Source: Octopus sinensis (taxonomy: Eukaryota). Taken from it: 64,000 bases of DNA. Position numbers and translations under genes: made by a program. The stretch spans positions 31,620,001 to 31,684,000 of the forward strand of contig NC_043008.1 of the NCBI RefSeq assembly GCF_006345805.1, given 5' to 3'. Position 1 is the first letter of the stretch. Each line of letters starts with the position of its first letter. This document shows, piece after piece, positions 36,927 through 50,484 of this stretch. The notes beneath the pieces were generated by a model. It worked only from the letters and a program-made list of their open reading frames with translations. It had not been told where the DNA came from and ran no database searches.

Positions 36927-36928
<2 letters not shown>
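35636..36928 (-). mobile_element. Full-length degenerate mariner (DD34D), mellifera-subfamily-like TIRs
   Basis: ~30-bp TIRs TTGGGTTGGCA(T/A)GAA(T/A)GTA(G/A)TTTCG, with TA on the left flank. The transposase runs from ATG 36736 (MECKNEHFRHIL) through VMLSIWWDYKGV, HRDNARPH and HPPYSPDRPPSDYHLF to the stop at 35709, with frameshifts. Total 1293 bp. Confidence 0.92.
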
Positions 36929-36970
<42 letters not shown>

Positions 36971-37131
36971 TATGTAAGTACCCTAAATCATTTGTTTCGT
37001 GAAATGGTAACAGCCGGCTCAGGTCAGTTTGAACGTCCGATTGTGTTTTGCGTTTTGAGTTTTTTGTTTTATCCCCATTGCTTGTTTGTTTTATGGTTTT
37101 AATTTAACAGTTTTTCATTATCAATATAAAA

Positions 37132-37278
37132 CAGTGGTTCCCAACCTGTAGTCCGTAAAGGTCGTACTAGGAGTCTGTGAACATGTTAAGCTGACAGACC
37201 TTTCAATATCCTGGGGTCCGTGGGAAAATTCATTTAAGTAAAAGGGGTCTTTGAAAGTGAAATGGTTGGCCACCACTG
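37132..37278. mobile_element. hAT (Charlie-like) MITE
   Basis: CAGTGGTTCCCAACC...GGTTGGCCACCACTG with 8-bp near-TSD ATATAAAA / GTATAAAA. Confidence 0.75.
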
Positions 37279-37671
37279 GTATAAAACGTTGTTTCGTTCA
37301 CTTATTTTTATATCTTATTTTTTGATTTTTTGATTTTTTGTAAGTCACTTTATCGCTTATATGAGAAGAGTTCTACATTATAACCCAATTTCTCATGTAG
37401 ACGTGTAACGAACTACAATTACCAAAATATATTCAAATGGAAATAAGCGAAACGGAGGTGCCTTTTGACAAACCACCTTACGGGAGACATCTTCCCCTAT
37501 GATGCACTACAACTATGATGACACGATGGAACGAAACGTTCGTAGTGAAAAATAGTCTCGTGAATTCCATTTTATTTCTCTCATATTTTATATACATACA
37601 AATACATGCATAATGTATATTTGAGCTAACCCAGTTTACGCGCGAATAAATATATATATATATATATATAT

Positions 37672-37897
37672 TACTAAGCAATAAAGGGTTTAGCAACGAA
37701 TTGCCTTACCACATACCGATTTAGGAAATAGCAGTCAAAGGGTTATAGCTATTTCTTCTACTAAAAAGGGAGATCTCAGTAAAAAACAGCTACTGAGATC
37801 TCCCTTTTTAGTAGAAAAATAGCTATAACCCTTTGACTGTATTTATAAATCGGTATGTGGTAAGGCAATTCGTTGCTAAACCCTTTATTGCTTAGTA
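37672..37897. repeat. Long palindrome (~110-bp arms, 9-nt spacer)
   Basis: 37672-37781 versus 37791-37897 are reverse complements with a few indels. Confidence 0.9.
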
Positions 37898-38005
37898 TTA
37901 CTTAAATTTTCTCGAATGAGGTTTTACATGCCGAAGACTACTTGGTGTAATTGATAATTATTCCATTAATTTCACCTTCATTATTACGGATAACTATATA
38001 TAATC

Positions 38006-38123
<118 letters not shown>

Positions 38124-38206
38124 AGAATTCACCGAAAAAACAAAAGACGAAGACAGGGTGTAAAACAAAAAAGATGTAGAGTATAACGAGAGAGGAATTG
38201 AAAAAG

Positions 38207-38244
38207 TCTTTTACGTTTCGAGCCTACGCTCTTCCACAGAAAGA
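38207..38244 (-). ncRNA. Minimal type-I hammerhead ribozyme (Penelope-type), one core substitution
   Basis: Minus strand TCTTT-CTG(T)GGA-A-GAGC-GTAG-GCTC-GAA-ACGT-A-AAAGA: stem I 5 bp, stem II 4 bp, palindromic ACGT stem III, GUA triplet. Confidence 0.6.
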
Positions 38245-38298
38245 AACTCAGAGAGAAACAAGGAGAGAAAAAAATGTGTGCAGAGTGGCTACCGATCT

Positions 38299-38595
<297 letters not shown>

Positions 38596-38805
38596 AATAG
38601 TAACACACAAATTGTGCCTAAATCAGCGACAACCGTTCGATAGAATTTCATTCAATATAATCGTAAAAGATTAAATAGTGTTATGTGATTCCACCATCAT
38701 CATGCATAATTTAAACGTTCAATCAAGGACATAGCTTGTCAATCAGGGACATAGTTCAACAAGTGTTAAATGAAGAGAGATAGAGAAATAGACAGACAGA
38801 CAGGC

Positions 38806-38866
<61 letters not shown>

Positions 38867-39500
38867 CATACATACATACATACATACATACATACATACA
38901 TACATACATACATAGACAGAGAGGGGGAGAAAGGGAGAGAGAGTGAGAGACAAATAGAAAAGCAAACACGCACACACACAAATACGCACATACGTATAAA
39001 ACATACACGAAAGTGAGAGCCAAAGAACTAGATTAATCCGTCACCATGCTAACCTGATACTACATTGAATGATAGGACACAAGTAAAATATGCACAACGA
39101 TTCAGACAAAATATGCGCAAAATTACAGAGGAGACGTAGAAAATTGCCGTTTATTATAGCAGAATCTAAGCCCTATATAAACTTACAGCTGAAAGGTCAT
39201 CTCCATGTCGCTAAATTGTTTAATTATCTCATTATTCTATCCACTATGGCAAGTCCTTGATATTCCAGTATACACGAAATGGTTCCAGGTTTAAAATGCG
39301 TGTATTAACCACGTGACTTTCTTATCTCCCCGAAAACACAAGTAAACCCCCACAAGGAAATATTGATTCTGTAGAAACGGTGCTGCTGCAACTACGCGCA
39401 GAAACCTTTTTAATCGCATTCAAAAGAAGCCTGTTAAAAAATACATATTAGCGACAAAGGCAGTATTGATATCGAGTGGTAATATCTATGCCCACTTAAA

Positions 39501-40039
<539 letters not shown>

Positions 40040-40422
40040 TGAATGTTCTGTTGGAACAAACTATACTGTAGTAGATACCATGAAAGAAACTCTCATATTG
40101 GCTTTTGGTACAAAATGCTCTCTTGTTTATATCACTAGCGAAGATATAAATCCTCGCCGTCTCCAGCACCGAGACCACCAGTTCATGTGATTTCAACCTT
40201 TCTTGATGTCGTCAGTGATGGACAGCGAGATACAGCAGTGACTCATCTCCCCGCCTGCGATATACAGAAAAACAGCGCCAGAGCAGGCGCTGGTGTCACG
40301 ATTAGCCAGTGAGCTTGTTTAAAAAATATTTATGAGCGACAGAGGCAATATTAATACTGAGATGTAATATTAATCCCCACTTAAACGCGAGTGTTCTGTT
40401 AAAACAAATTATACTGCAGTAG

Positions 40423-40482
40423 GAGAAACTCTCATATTGGCTTTTGGTGCAAAAAGCACTGAAGCCAATATGAGAGTTTCTC
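40423..40482. repeat. Perfect 21-bp-arm hairpin; one arm also repeated near 40085
   Basis: GAGAAACTCTCATATTGGCTT ... AAGCCAATATGAGAGTTTCTC. Confidence 0.75.
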
Positions 40483-40818
40483 TCGTGGTATAAACGCGGT
40501 GTACTTTGTTTTATCAGGACATTCACTTTGAAGTGGAGATAAATATTACCCGCAAAATAAGCCATCCAATTGACAGACAGAAGCTCACTTACCTACATAC
40601 TAACATCTCTGACACAGATGTAATGTTTCTTCTCTGTCTTTTCTCTGTTAGCGTGTAAACGTCTGTGTTGTTGAGTGGTTTTCCTCGCAGCCATGTGATT
40701 TCAGGTTCAGTACCAATGCGCTGCACCTTGGGCAAGTCTCTTCTACTATAAGGCTGAAGCGATTATGGCCTTGCCAATGAATTTGGTAAACAGAAATTGT
40801 ATGGAGGACCCCGTCGTA

Positions 40819-40852
<34 letters not shown>

Positions 40853-41547
40853 CGTGCATTTATCCCAACAAACCACTGGATATCCAGTGTTGGTTCATTT
40901 ATGCCACTGTACCTTTAAAGTCAGCAAAAAACATTTTTAAAATACGCACTAATCCTTCAATGTATGTATGTATGTATGTATGTATGTATGCATGTATGTA
41001 TGCATGTAAGTATGTATGTATGTATGTATGTATGTATGTATGTATGTATGTATGTATGTATGTATGTACGTACATTTGTGTATATATGTATATACATGTA
41101 AAGACTTTAAACTTCAGCCTGTAATGGGATTCTGGTTCGGGAATTCTAAGGTTTTGAGAAATTAGAGATTCTTAGCTGTTGTCACAGCATTCTTCTAGGA
41201 ATGGGACCACTCTGATATAAAACCTGCGATTTCATATGATTACTGGTCATCTCTCTTCATCCTGTCTATGGGTACTAATCATGGAAACTCAATGAGTGGT
41301 ATTTGTGCTGTACAAGCGTTTATCACTATAATCCAATGACATCTCTTTACGATGGGTGACCTCATTTGTCATTCCATCTTACTGAAAGTCCTGCGACGAT
41401 GGAAGAGTGGTGACGTATGCAGACTTAATCAATTAGAAGCGCACTTAATTCTCTTGCCGAATCGCTAATGTTATGAGATCGTAAACAAACCAACATTGAT
41501 TGTCAAGTGATAGTGGTGGTGGTGGTGGTGGTGGTGGACAAACACAA

Positions 41548-41588
<41 letters not shown>

Positions 41589-43058
41589 CATTTACGTACA
41601 CACACACGTGTGTGTGTGTGTGTGTGTGTGTACGTTGAGCTTCCACACAGTTTTTGTCTGCCAAATAAATCGCTCACAAGGCATTAGTTGACCTGGGGCT
41701 GTAGAGGAAGACACTCAAGGTGTCGCACAAGTGAGACAGAACCCGAAACTTCATGGTTGTGAAGCGATCTTCTAAATCGCACAACCGTGTCTAATACATA
41801 TGTATATAAGGGGTGTAAAGGCACATAACCTATTGGTTTGGTATCATAAGGTCTGAGTGAGCAATTCTTGGTGTAAGTGGCACATTATGTTCTCGAATAT
41901 AGTGTTTCATTTTACGTAGCTTCGGGCAACTTCAGGTGAATATGAATGCCGGAGAAGGGAGGAGATTAACTCTGCGACGGGCTGGTGTCGTGTTCAAAGG
42001 TGTTCTATTTTTCAGTCGTTTAAAAACAATGGAAGCTGAGATAAGCCCCGATCAAATGGGTCTGTAGACTCGTAAACTCGAAACAATAACTATATATCCT
42101 AGACACACTATTTAGTCAACGACACCATAATTATATAATTGTTTCAGATTTAGGCTCAAGGATACTCATTTTAAGAAGTTGTTGATTAAGTCGATCCCAG
42201 TAATTGACTGGTAATTTGTTTTATTGATCCCGGAATGCTGTAAGCCAACGTTGACCTCGGTGGATTTGAATTGAGAGCGTAAAAATAGATCAAATACTGC
42301 AAAACAAGCTTCTGTTTTGTCGACGCTCTAATTATTCTGTCACTCTGCTTCCCATAGCGGCACTATAATATGTAATAACATTTACATTAGAATTAGTCTG
42401 TCTTGCTCAAAATACACGCTGTACGAAGATTGCTGATTCCTTCAAACTGTTCTCCCTAGACCTCATCATCTCAGATGTTTCAAATTTCTAATGAATTTTT
42501 GCAGCAGCTGTAGTGCCACATCATTAATGTGAATTAGGGTTGGTAATGTTTGCTAAAGATCTCAAAAAAGATCAAACATTACAAGTTTAATCAAGCTGCT
42601 AGTATCGATTAAAATGTTTGCGTTTGAAATTCAAGCCAAAAGCTGATATTAACAGGACGAAAGTAGTTGTTTGTGAATAAATCTTGGAGAAATTATTGAA
42701 GTTTATCAATCTATATGATTCCTCCAATTAAAATTTTAAGATAATGCACCAGTTCTGTGTATCATCAATGTTTTTAAAATAGCAAATCGCATTTCATCTT
42801 GTAGTTGGCATGTTAGTAATTTATTCATGCAAAATGCAATTAAAATATAAAATTACTATAAATATTTTTAGCTATTGACGGTTTCATAAATGAGTTTGCC
42901 CGAAAATAGCAGTTCTTGAACTACGATAAGTTATACACATATACATGCACACATTTACACATTTGTGGCTCCCAGACCGAAAATCATAGTTCTGGAGTTA
43001 TATGTATGGGTACATACATACATACATACATACATACATACATACATACATACATACA

Positions 43059-43874
43059 ATACTTGATGAAGATAGTAACATTGACATGTAGCGAAGCCTC
43101 CCTTGGACTCGTGACCGCTACATCACATCACACTTCGAGGGCTATGCATTTGCAGTCCAAGAACAGGAGATTTCTACTAAATACTTAATCAACAAAAGAA
43201 ACACTGAAGCCCTTGGAGTTCCAAGATGCAGCCGTAAATGTAGGTTATGTCATATTTCTGTGGAATACATCATATGTGATTAGCAAATGCCCCAAAATAT
43301 CATCAAGGTACTACCTCCCAATGCGACAATCGTTGTCCCATAAACATAAAAAGACTGTCCTAGAATAGATATAGAAAATTCCCTTGTTATTGAATACGTA
43401 CACAAATATTGGCATAAGGAATACTGGTGGGACATTCTCACCAAAGCATTTGTCAAGTGTAAGCATAACAGGTCGGATATTGTTGTTTGGGACAGACAAG
43501 AAAAACTATGTACCGCCATAGAAATCAGCTGTCCAAATGATGTGAATATCTCTTTGAAAATCTGAGAGAAAGAAGATAACTACGGACAACTGCTTCGAAA
43601 CTTCCAGTTTCTATGCCCCAATTACAAATTGCATTTATGCTAATGATAATTGGAGCACTTGGTTTTATAAATAAATGCCTAACTATCAGTCTGGATAAGT
43701 TTGGATTTTCAGAAAAAGAGATCAACTAACTGATTTGCACGTTACAAATGCAGTCTATAAGCGGAACAGTAAAACTATGCAAGACTTTTCTCGGGTTTAA
43801 AGTGTGACAGATGGAGCTTTGTATCTTTGTTAAAAACCAGCTCCTTCTTCAGAAGAATTTGGGTGATTAAAAAA
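43059..43874 (+). mobile_element. Degenerate 3' fragment of an RLE-type (R4/Dong-like) non-LTR retrotransposon
   Basis: FEGYAFAVQEQEISTKYLI, CRLCH finger, KHNRSDIVVWD..IEISCP (PD-(D/E)xK endonuclease remnant) and EKEDNYGQLLRN; several stops. Confidence 0.8.
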
Positions 43875-43878
43875 CGGA

Positions 43879-43947
<69 letters not shown>

Positions 43948-43983
43948 TACATACATACATACATACATACGTACATACGTACA

Positions 43984-44014
<31 letters not shown>

Positions 44015-44180
44015 TATATATATAAATATAGGGGCAGGTATGACTTCCCAATCACACGGCTCCGAGTTCAGTCCCACTATGTGGCAACTTGGGTGTTTTC
44101 TGCTATAGCCTCGAGCCGACCACATCATTGTGACTGGACCTGAGAGAAGGAAACTGCAAGAATCCCGCTATCATGTGCGG

Positions 44181-44220
<40 letters not shown>

Positions 44221-44286
44221 CCCAGCTATTTCCTCTTGAAGCACATCTACTTATTCATTATTACAATCCAGTATTACTGTAAGGTG

Positions 44287-44675
44287 TGTGAAGCACTCCG
44301 TCGGTTACGACGACGAGGGATCCGGTTGATCCGAATCAAATCAACGGAACAGCCTGCTCGTGAAATTAACGTGTAAGTGGCTGAGCACTCCACAGACACG
44401 TGTACCCTTAACGTAGTTCTCGGGGATATTCAGCGTGACACAGAGAGTGACAAGGCCGGTCCTTTGAAATACAGGTACAACAGAAACAGGAAGTAAGAGT
44501 GAGAGAAAGTTGTGGCGAAAGAGTACAGCAGGGATCACCACCATCCCTTGCCGGAGCCTCGTGGAGCTTTAGGTGTTTTCGCTCAATAAACACTCAAAAC
44601 GCCCGGTCTGGGAATCGAAACCGCGATCCTATGACCGCGAGTCCGCTGCCCTAGCCACTGGGCCATTGCGCCTAC
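44287..44675 (-). mobile_element. tRNA-derived SINE, same head/core as 5495-5782 but a different tail
   Basis: Shared GCAGCGGACTCGCGGTC head and CACCTAA(A)GCTCCACG..GCTCCGGCA core. Confidence 0.8.
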
Positions 44676-44912
44676 TGTAAGGTACATATTAGAACTGAAG
44701 ATTTTGGAATTACTGTTTGCAAAATTATTATATAACAAAACAGGATATTGGAAAACTTTTGTGGTATTATTTATTCCATCATTACATGATTCATTTGCTA
44801 ACAGGAATTACGAAGATTTACATATTAGATTAAACACGTAAGCGATTTCCTATTCGAAAATTTACAGGCAGAGACGCGAATAATCATTCTTATTAGCAAA
44901 TGAAATGTATGT

Positions 44913-45323
44913 AGGCGTAGGAGTGGCTGTGTGGTAAGTAGCTTGCTTACCAACCACATGGTTCCGGATTCAGTCCCACTGCGTGGCACCTTAAGCAAGT
45001 GTCTTCTACTATAGCCTCGGGCCGACCAAAGCCTTGTGAGTGGATTTAGTAGACGGAAACTGAAAGAAGCTCGTCGCATATATGTGTATGTATATATATA
45101 TATCTGAGTGTGCGTGTGTTTGTGAGTCTGTGTTTGTCCCCCCACCAACATCGCTTGACAACCGATGCTGGTTTGTTTACGTCCCCATAACATAGCAGTT
45201 CGGCAAAATAGAACGATAGAATAAGTACTAGGTTTACAAAGAATAAGTCCTGGGGTCGATTTGCTCGACTAAAGGCGGTGCTCCAGCATGGCCACAGTCA
45301 AATGACTGAAACAAGTAAAAGAG
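44913..45323 (+). mobile_element. Full-length SINE family B
   Basis: tRNA-like head (GTGGCTGTGTGGTAAG ... GGATTCAGTCCC), core, short internal TA/TG microsatellite and tail ending GTAAAAGAG. Confidence 0.9.
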
Positions 45324-46001
45324 TATATATGCCTTTGCCACTCTTCACTTATGCTGTACAATAACAGTTTAAATGTGGATCGAAAGCAATCGCATTGATA
45401 TCAAATCACAGATTGACTTCATAAGAAGTTATTATTCGCTAATATGTTGAGTAAAATGAACCGGAAATAAGCTTGCAAGCATGAAAAACCCTGGAATTAA
45501 GGAGTAATCGCTTTGCTTCGAAATGTTTTTATTATAGTAAACCTCAAAGAACTTCGAGTGAAACTGGTTTGTAAACATTAAAAGCTGAATAAAACCAGCT
45601 TGCTATCTCGATATCATGTTGTTTCTACTAATTATTTTTATTTTCACTCCGTATAAATGTCTTTTAAGTATGGGCTGTCACAATGATAGAAATTCCTGAC
45701 AAAACAACATTATCAGTGGAGATGAACCATAAGAAGAAACAAATGTCTTTTAAGCTGCTTGAGTGACTTTAGCTGCTCTCAGTTCGAGTTTAGTTCAACC
45801 CTTATTTAGAGTGTTAACAGGTTGCTCTCTCCCTCTCTTTCTCTCTAACCTTTCTTTCCTTCTTTCGTCCTTACATTCACATATGTTTTTCTTGTACTCG
45901 CGATAACGATTTATTTTTTTTACCAGCTGTTGTTGATTAGCCTCAAGTCAACCCCGGCCCGACCAAACAGTTGTGGCCATCTCGTCGTTTTCCAAAGTAT
46001 C

Positions 46002-46272
46002 GGCATTCTTTCGATATAACTCGACAAAATCAAAACACTTCACTTCGGGTATTTCCGTGGAAGCAAATGACAGTTCGATTCTGTTTTCTGCTTGGAAATT
46101 TGCGGATTTTACATACACACATGAAACAGTTAAGAACAAATATGGAAGGCTTTTTTTCTTCAAGTTTAAAATGAGACATTGCTGGCATAATTTCGTTATA
46201 TCTATACTCCACAACCCACGGAAATACCCGGTCAAATGTTTTGATTTTGTCGAGTTATATCGAAAGAATGCC
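46002..46272. mobile_element. 271-bp MITE with ~57-bp TIRs and perfect 8-bp TSD
   Basis: AAAGTATC|GGCATTCTTTCGATATAACTCG...CGAGTTATATCGAAAGAATGCC|AAAGTATC. Confidence 0.85.
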
Positions 46273-47049
46273 AAAGTATCTAGGTGGGTTAACAGTATTG
46301 TTCTTTGAAGGTAGTATGATGTTATTTGAGGGAAGGAAATTCAGCAGTTACTTTTAGCAAGCTGAGCAGCCATGTTGAGACTCTCTTATTGGCTCTATTT
46401 GCTAGTTTTTCCCTGTTGTTGTAATTGCTAATAGTTATTGGTTTTGCTAATCTTGTTGCTTAGCTTTCAGTTTTTCCCTATATTATTTCAAAGATAATAC
46501 AGCACAACTTCATCATCATCTTCTTCTTTTCCATCATCATCCTCATTCGCTTTATCTTCTATTGTCCGTTTCTTTCCCTAATCTTCTTCCTCATCCTCCT
46601 CCGTCTTATCATCATCTTATCCTCCTTTTCTTTCTCCTTTTCTTTCTCCCATTCCTTTTCATCATTTTCATGATCATCGTCTACCATCCCCACTTCACTC
46701 CTCCCCCATTCTCCTCCTCATCTACAACATCAACGCCAACAACCCTACCAACAAGTAATCAGAAGTATGCGATAGTTAGTTCCCCTGGTAATATTAGCCT
46801 GTCCTCGATGACATGTTCACGGAACGTTAGACGTCATCATAGTTATCTTGCTTCCTCAATGATTAATGTATTCAGACATTTTCATTTTTGCCCCAAGGGA
46901 AACCATCTTGCTCGAGTCTTGCTGCTTTACTACTTCAACGTTTTCTGTTTGATTAATACAGGTTTTTTCTTCCATTTCATTTAATATTAATCAGAGATAA
47001 CATGGAACATAAACGCGCATACACACACACGCACAAACACATATGCGCG

Positions 47050-47300
<251 letters not shown>

Positions 47301-47725
47301 AGACAGACAAATAGTTAGATAGAGAGATAGAGAGGGGGGTAATTATGCGGATAATCAAATTAGATATATTAAATATAACAGTTTGAGTATGAAATACAAA
47401 ATATGCGTTCATGTATGCATGCAAAACGAGAGAAAGCAAAGAGTGGAGACTTTCAGGAGAAGAATATATAAATATAAATATATAGATATCTATATTAATA
47501 GATCAGACTTACACAGAGTACAAACGACAGAGTAAATTAAAGTGGGATAAGAAAAGGGGTTATAAGTCCAACAGCTGTTTCTGAGGGCTCGGAGATCCAT
47601 CATAATGTTGGTAAATGTAGTTAATTACAATATGCGGCCGTAATGGAAGCAATCATAATTACCGCCATATCTGCTCAACTTGATCCCTCTTATATTCATT
47701 ATTTACCCTGTGGAATTGATCCGCT

Positions 47726-48165
47726 ATAATAATAATAATAATAATAATAATAAACATTGTGTACAGTGCTCAGGTGCACTACAACTCATCTAAAGTGCAT
47801 ATATAATCAGGTGTAGTTTCGACGGATTTCGGAAAGCATGAGGGCCTTAAAGGATGCAGTGTCATGGCAGTCAACAACTGACGCAGGCAGTTTATTCCAT
47901 GCTTCAGCAACTCTGAACGTGAAGAAATGTTTCCGAAAGTCATGGGAGCTGTGTTGTTTTCTGACTTTGTAGGCATGTCCACGTGTGTTAGACACATGGA
48001 GATCAAAAAGGTGTTCAGTGTTGTTATTGGTGAGGTGGTTGACAACTTTGTGGGCATTTACCAAGTCCGTCGCCTGACGCCGGAGCTTCAGTGAATCCAT
48101 GCCCAGGGAAACAAGGCGCTCAGAATATGGTAGGTGTCTGATGGAGGGTAAGGACATTGGATTCT
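47726..48165 (-). mobile_element. CR1-clade LINE 3' end with (ATT)n tail
   Basis: LPYSERLVSLGMDSLKLRR..TRGHAYKV..RKHFFTFRVAEAWNKLP is the typical CR1 ORF2 C-terminus. The 3'UTR has a TGCACT..AGTGCA stem and then (ATT)n. Confidence 0.85.
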
Positions 48166-48254
48166 AAGTTTGAATCATTTGAACGCTATCTGAGAATCTC
48201 TGGATCTTATCCGTTAACTATATGCGTCTGTTTGTAAACATATAGACATACACA

Positions 48255-48299
<45 letters not shown>

Positions 48300-49609
48300 G
48301 CATATGTGGGCACAGGATATCACAGAACGTAAACAACAAAAAAATACGAAAATATGGAATACGAATACAAGGAATATGAACTTTTTTGCGAGCAACGAAG
48401 GAAATAAAGACACGCAATATAACGAACGACCCTTCATTACGTGTGTAATTATGTATGTATGCATCCATGCATGCGTGCATCTTTGTATTCATGTATGTAT
48501 ATGTTGGTAAAAACACTGCAACAAAAGAAACTAGTAGTGGTTGACGTGGTCAAAAGATTGTATTTATTTGTGAAGCGTAAAGCCTCATTATACTTTACAA
48601 ATAAAGACTGGGCTTAATATCGTTGAGAGAAGAGTTACCGATGTTTCATACCCGAGTCCTTAGGGAACCGAGAAAATGTTTACTCAGGCTTGAGTTCACA
48701 ATTGAGTGGAAAATGTGACAATTGAGTAGAAATGATAAAGAATTCGTAGTTGCATTGATTCTGAAATGAAGATATACAAAATATCACTTATATTCCGCAA
48801 ATATTACAGGAAGACGTATTATTGAGACTGACTAATTTGATATGACCAACAACGTTATTCAGAAATTACAAGGACCTCAAGCAGTACCGTCATAAGACGT
48901 GTGCACACTGGGCACTTACCTGGATGCCCTAGGGATGTAGGGGCCCGATTCTAATCTTTGTATCCTGTATCTTACAGTGAGTAAGTAAACACCATAGGGT
49001 CCAGTGCATTGATTTTCCCAGGGGGCCTATAATGCTCCTAAGGCAACCCTGGTCTCGAGTCAACATTCAATTTAACTGGTGAAAATAAAGAAATTAACTT
49101 AGTTTTAAAAATATGTTAACATAAAAAAAAATATTGTTGATAGAAGAAATGTTTGTTAATCGAAAGGGTATATGACAAAGAATCGATTGGAATTTTAGTA
49201 CAGCCGCATTTAGTTAAATGCATGCCACTGGTGCTTGGCTAGATGCAAATAGGATTCTGTGGCGTAAAAATGTCGGTTCACAAAACTTGCACGGAAAGCT
49301 ATTGTTTCTGTGACGTCAACAAGAAATGATGAAAGCAAAAACGCTTTCCATTTCAAAAGATTCAATTTGTCGTGATGGCAATACGTGGAATATATTAAGT
49401 CATCCACACTCACTGTCTCTACTCTTTTCTGTGCTATCACTGCTTGTTCTGGCTGATTGCCTTTCTAACCTCTGCTCTGTTATTCGTTTTGTGCTCAAAT
49501 TTCGTAGAGTTTTTCACAAATTATGCAATAAATGTGTTCATTACAATGTTTACTCTAGGTCTCTAACAACAGATATGACGTCAGTTGTGATGTGTTATTA
49601 ATATTATCG

Positions 49610-49820
49610 TTGTTGTCTGCCGCTACGTTCTGATTTCAAATTCCGCCGAGGTCGACTTTGCCTTTCATCCTTTCCGGGTCGATTAACTTTGCCTTTCATC
49701 CTTTCGGGGTTGATTAAATAAGTACCAGTTACGCACTGGGGTCGATCTAATCGATTTAGTCCCTTTGTCTGTCCTTGTTTGTCCCCTCTATGTTTATCCC
49801 CTTGTGGGCAATAAAGAATT
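49610..49820 (+). mobile_element. SINE family A (5'-truncated, internal core duplication) with Tx1-like tail
   Basis: Core GGTCGACTTTGCCTTTCATCCTT appears twice; tail TTTGTCCCCTCTATGTTTATCCCCTTGTGGGCAATAAAGAA. Confidence 0.8.
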
Positions 49821-50424
49821 ATATTAATATTATCGTTGTTGCTAATGAAAACGGCATCTTTAGTCGCTTTTGTTTTTGTTCCGTTACCATAATGGTTCAA
49901 TCACATTTGTTGACAATGTTTTACAACCAAGCTGAAGATCCGATTTCGATCCCAGACAGGTCACAAAATAAACAGAATATTTTCTTCTGCAAATTGGTTG
50001 CTGTACAAGCAGGAAATGCGTGGAAAGAGACAGGCAGAGAATTTTAGGAAGAGTGGAGCTGGAAAAAAGAAGAGGAGAAAGAAGCAGACTATCTATTGTA
50101 AATGTTTGTTTTTGAATGCCAGTTCTTGCAGGCATATGCATTGTAGAAATATGAGTTTTATGCGTATATACATATTGTTTACCACGAAATCGTGTACCCC
50201 TGTGCGGGAGCGCGAATGTGTATGTGTGTAAGATAAGATGCGAGCTAACAGCCTAGTTTTTTAAAGATGCATTTATATAAGTGTGACCAATATATTGATT
50301 TAGACAACCTTTTCCAAGAAGCTGGCCGCATGAGACATCGCTTATTCTCAGGCGGGCCGCACTACCAAAAAAATTCGAGTAATTTTTCGCGTATATCATT
50401 TAGAAAGCCGCGCGGACCGCAGTT

Positions 50425-50453
50425 GGATCTGTTCAGTTTGGCACACAGAGTTT

Positions 50454-50484
<31 letters not shown>

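Noticed and set aside
37500-37550. Third hammerhead-like string (CACTAC..ATGATGA..GAAACGTT..GTAGTG)
   Set aside because: Stem II does not pair and the core is disrupted; too degenerate to call.
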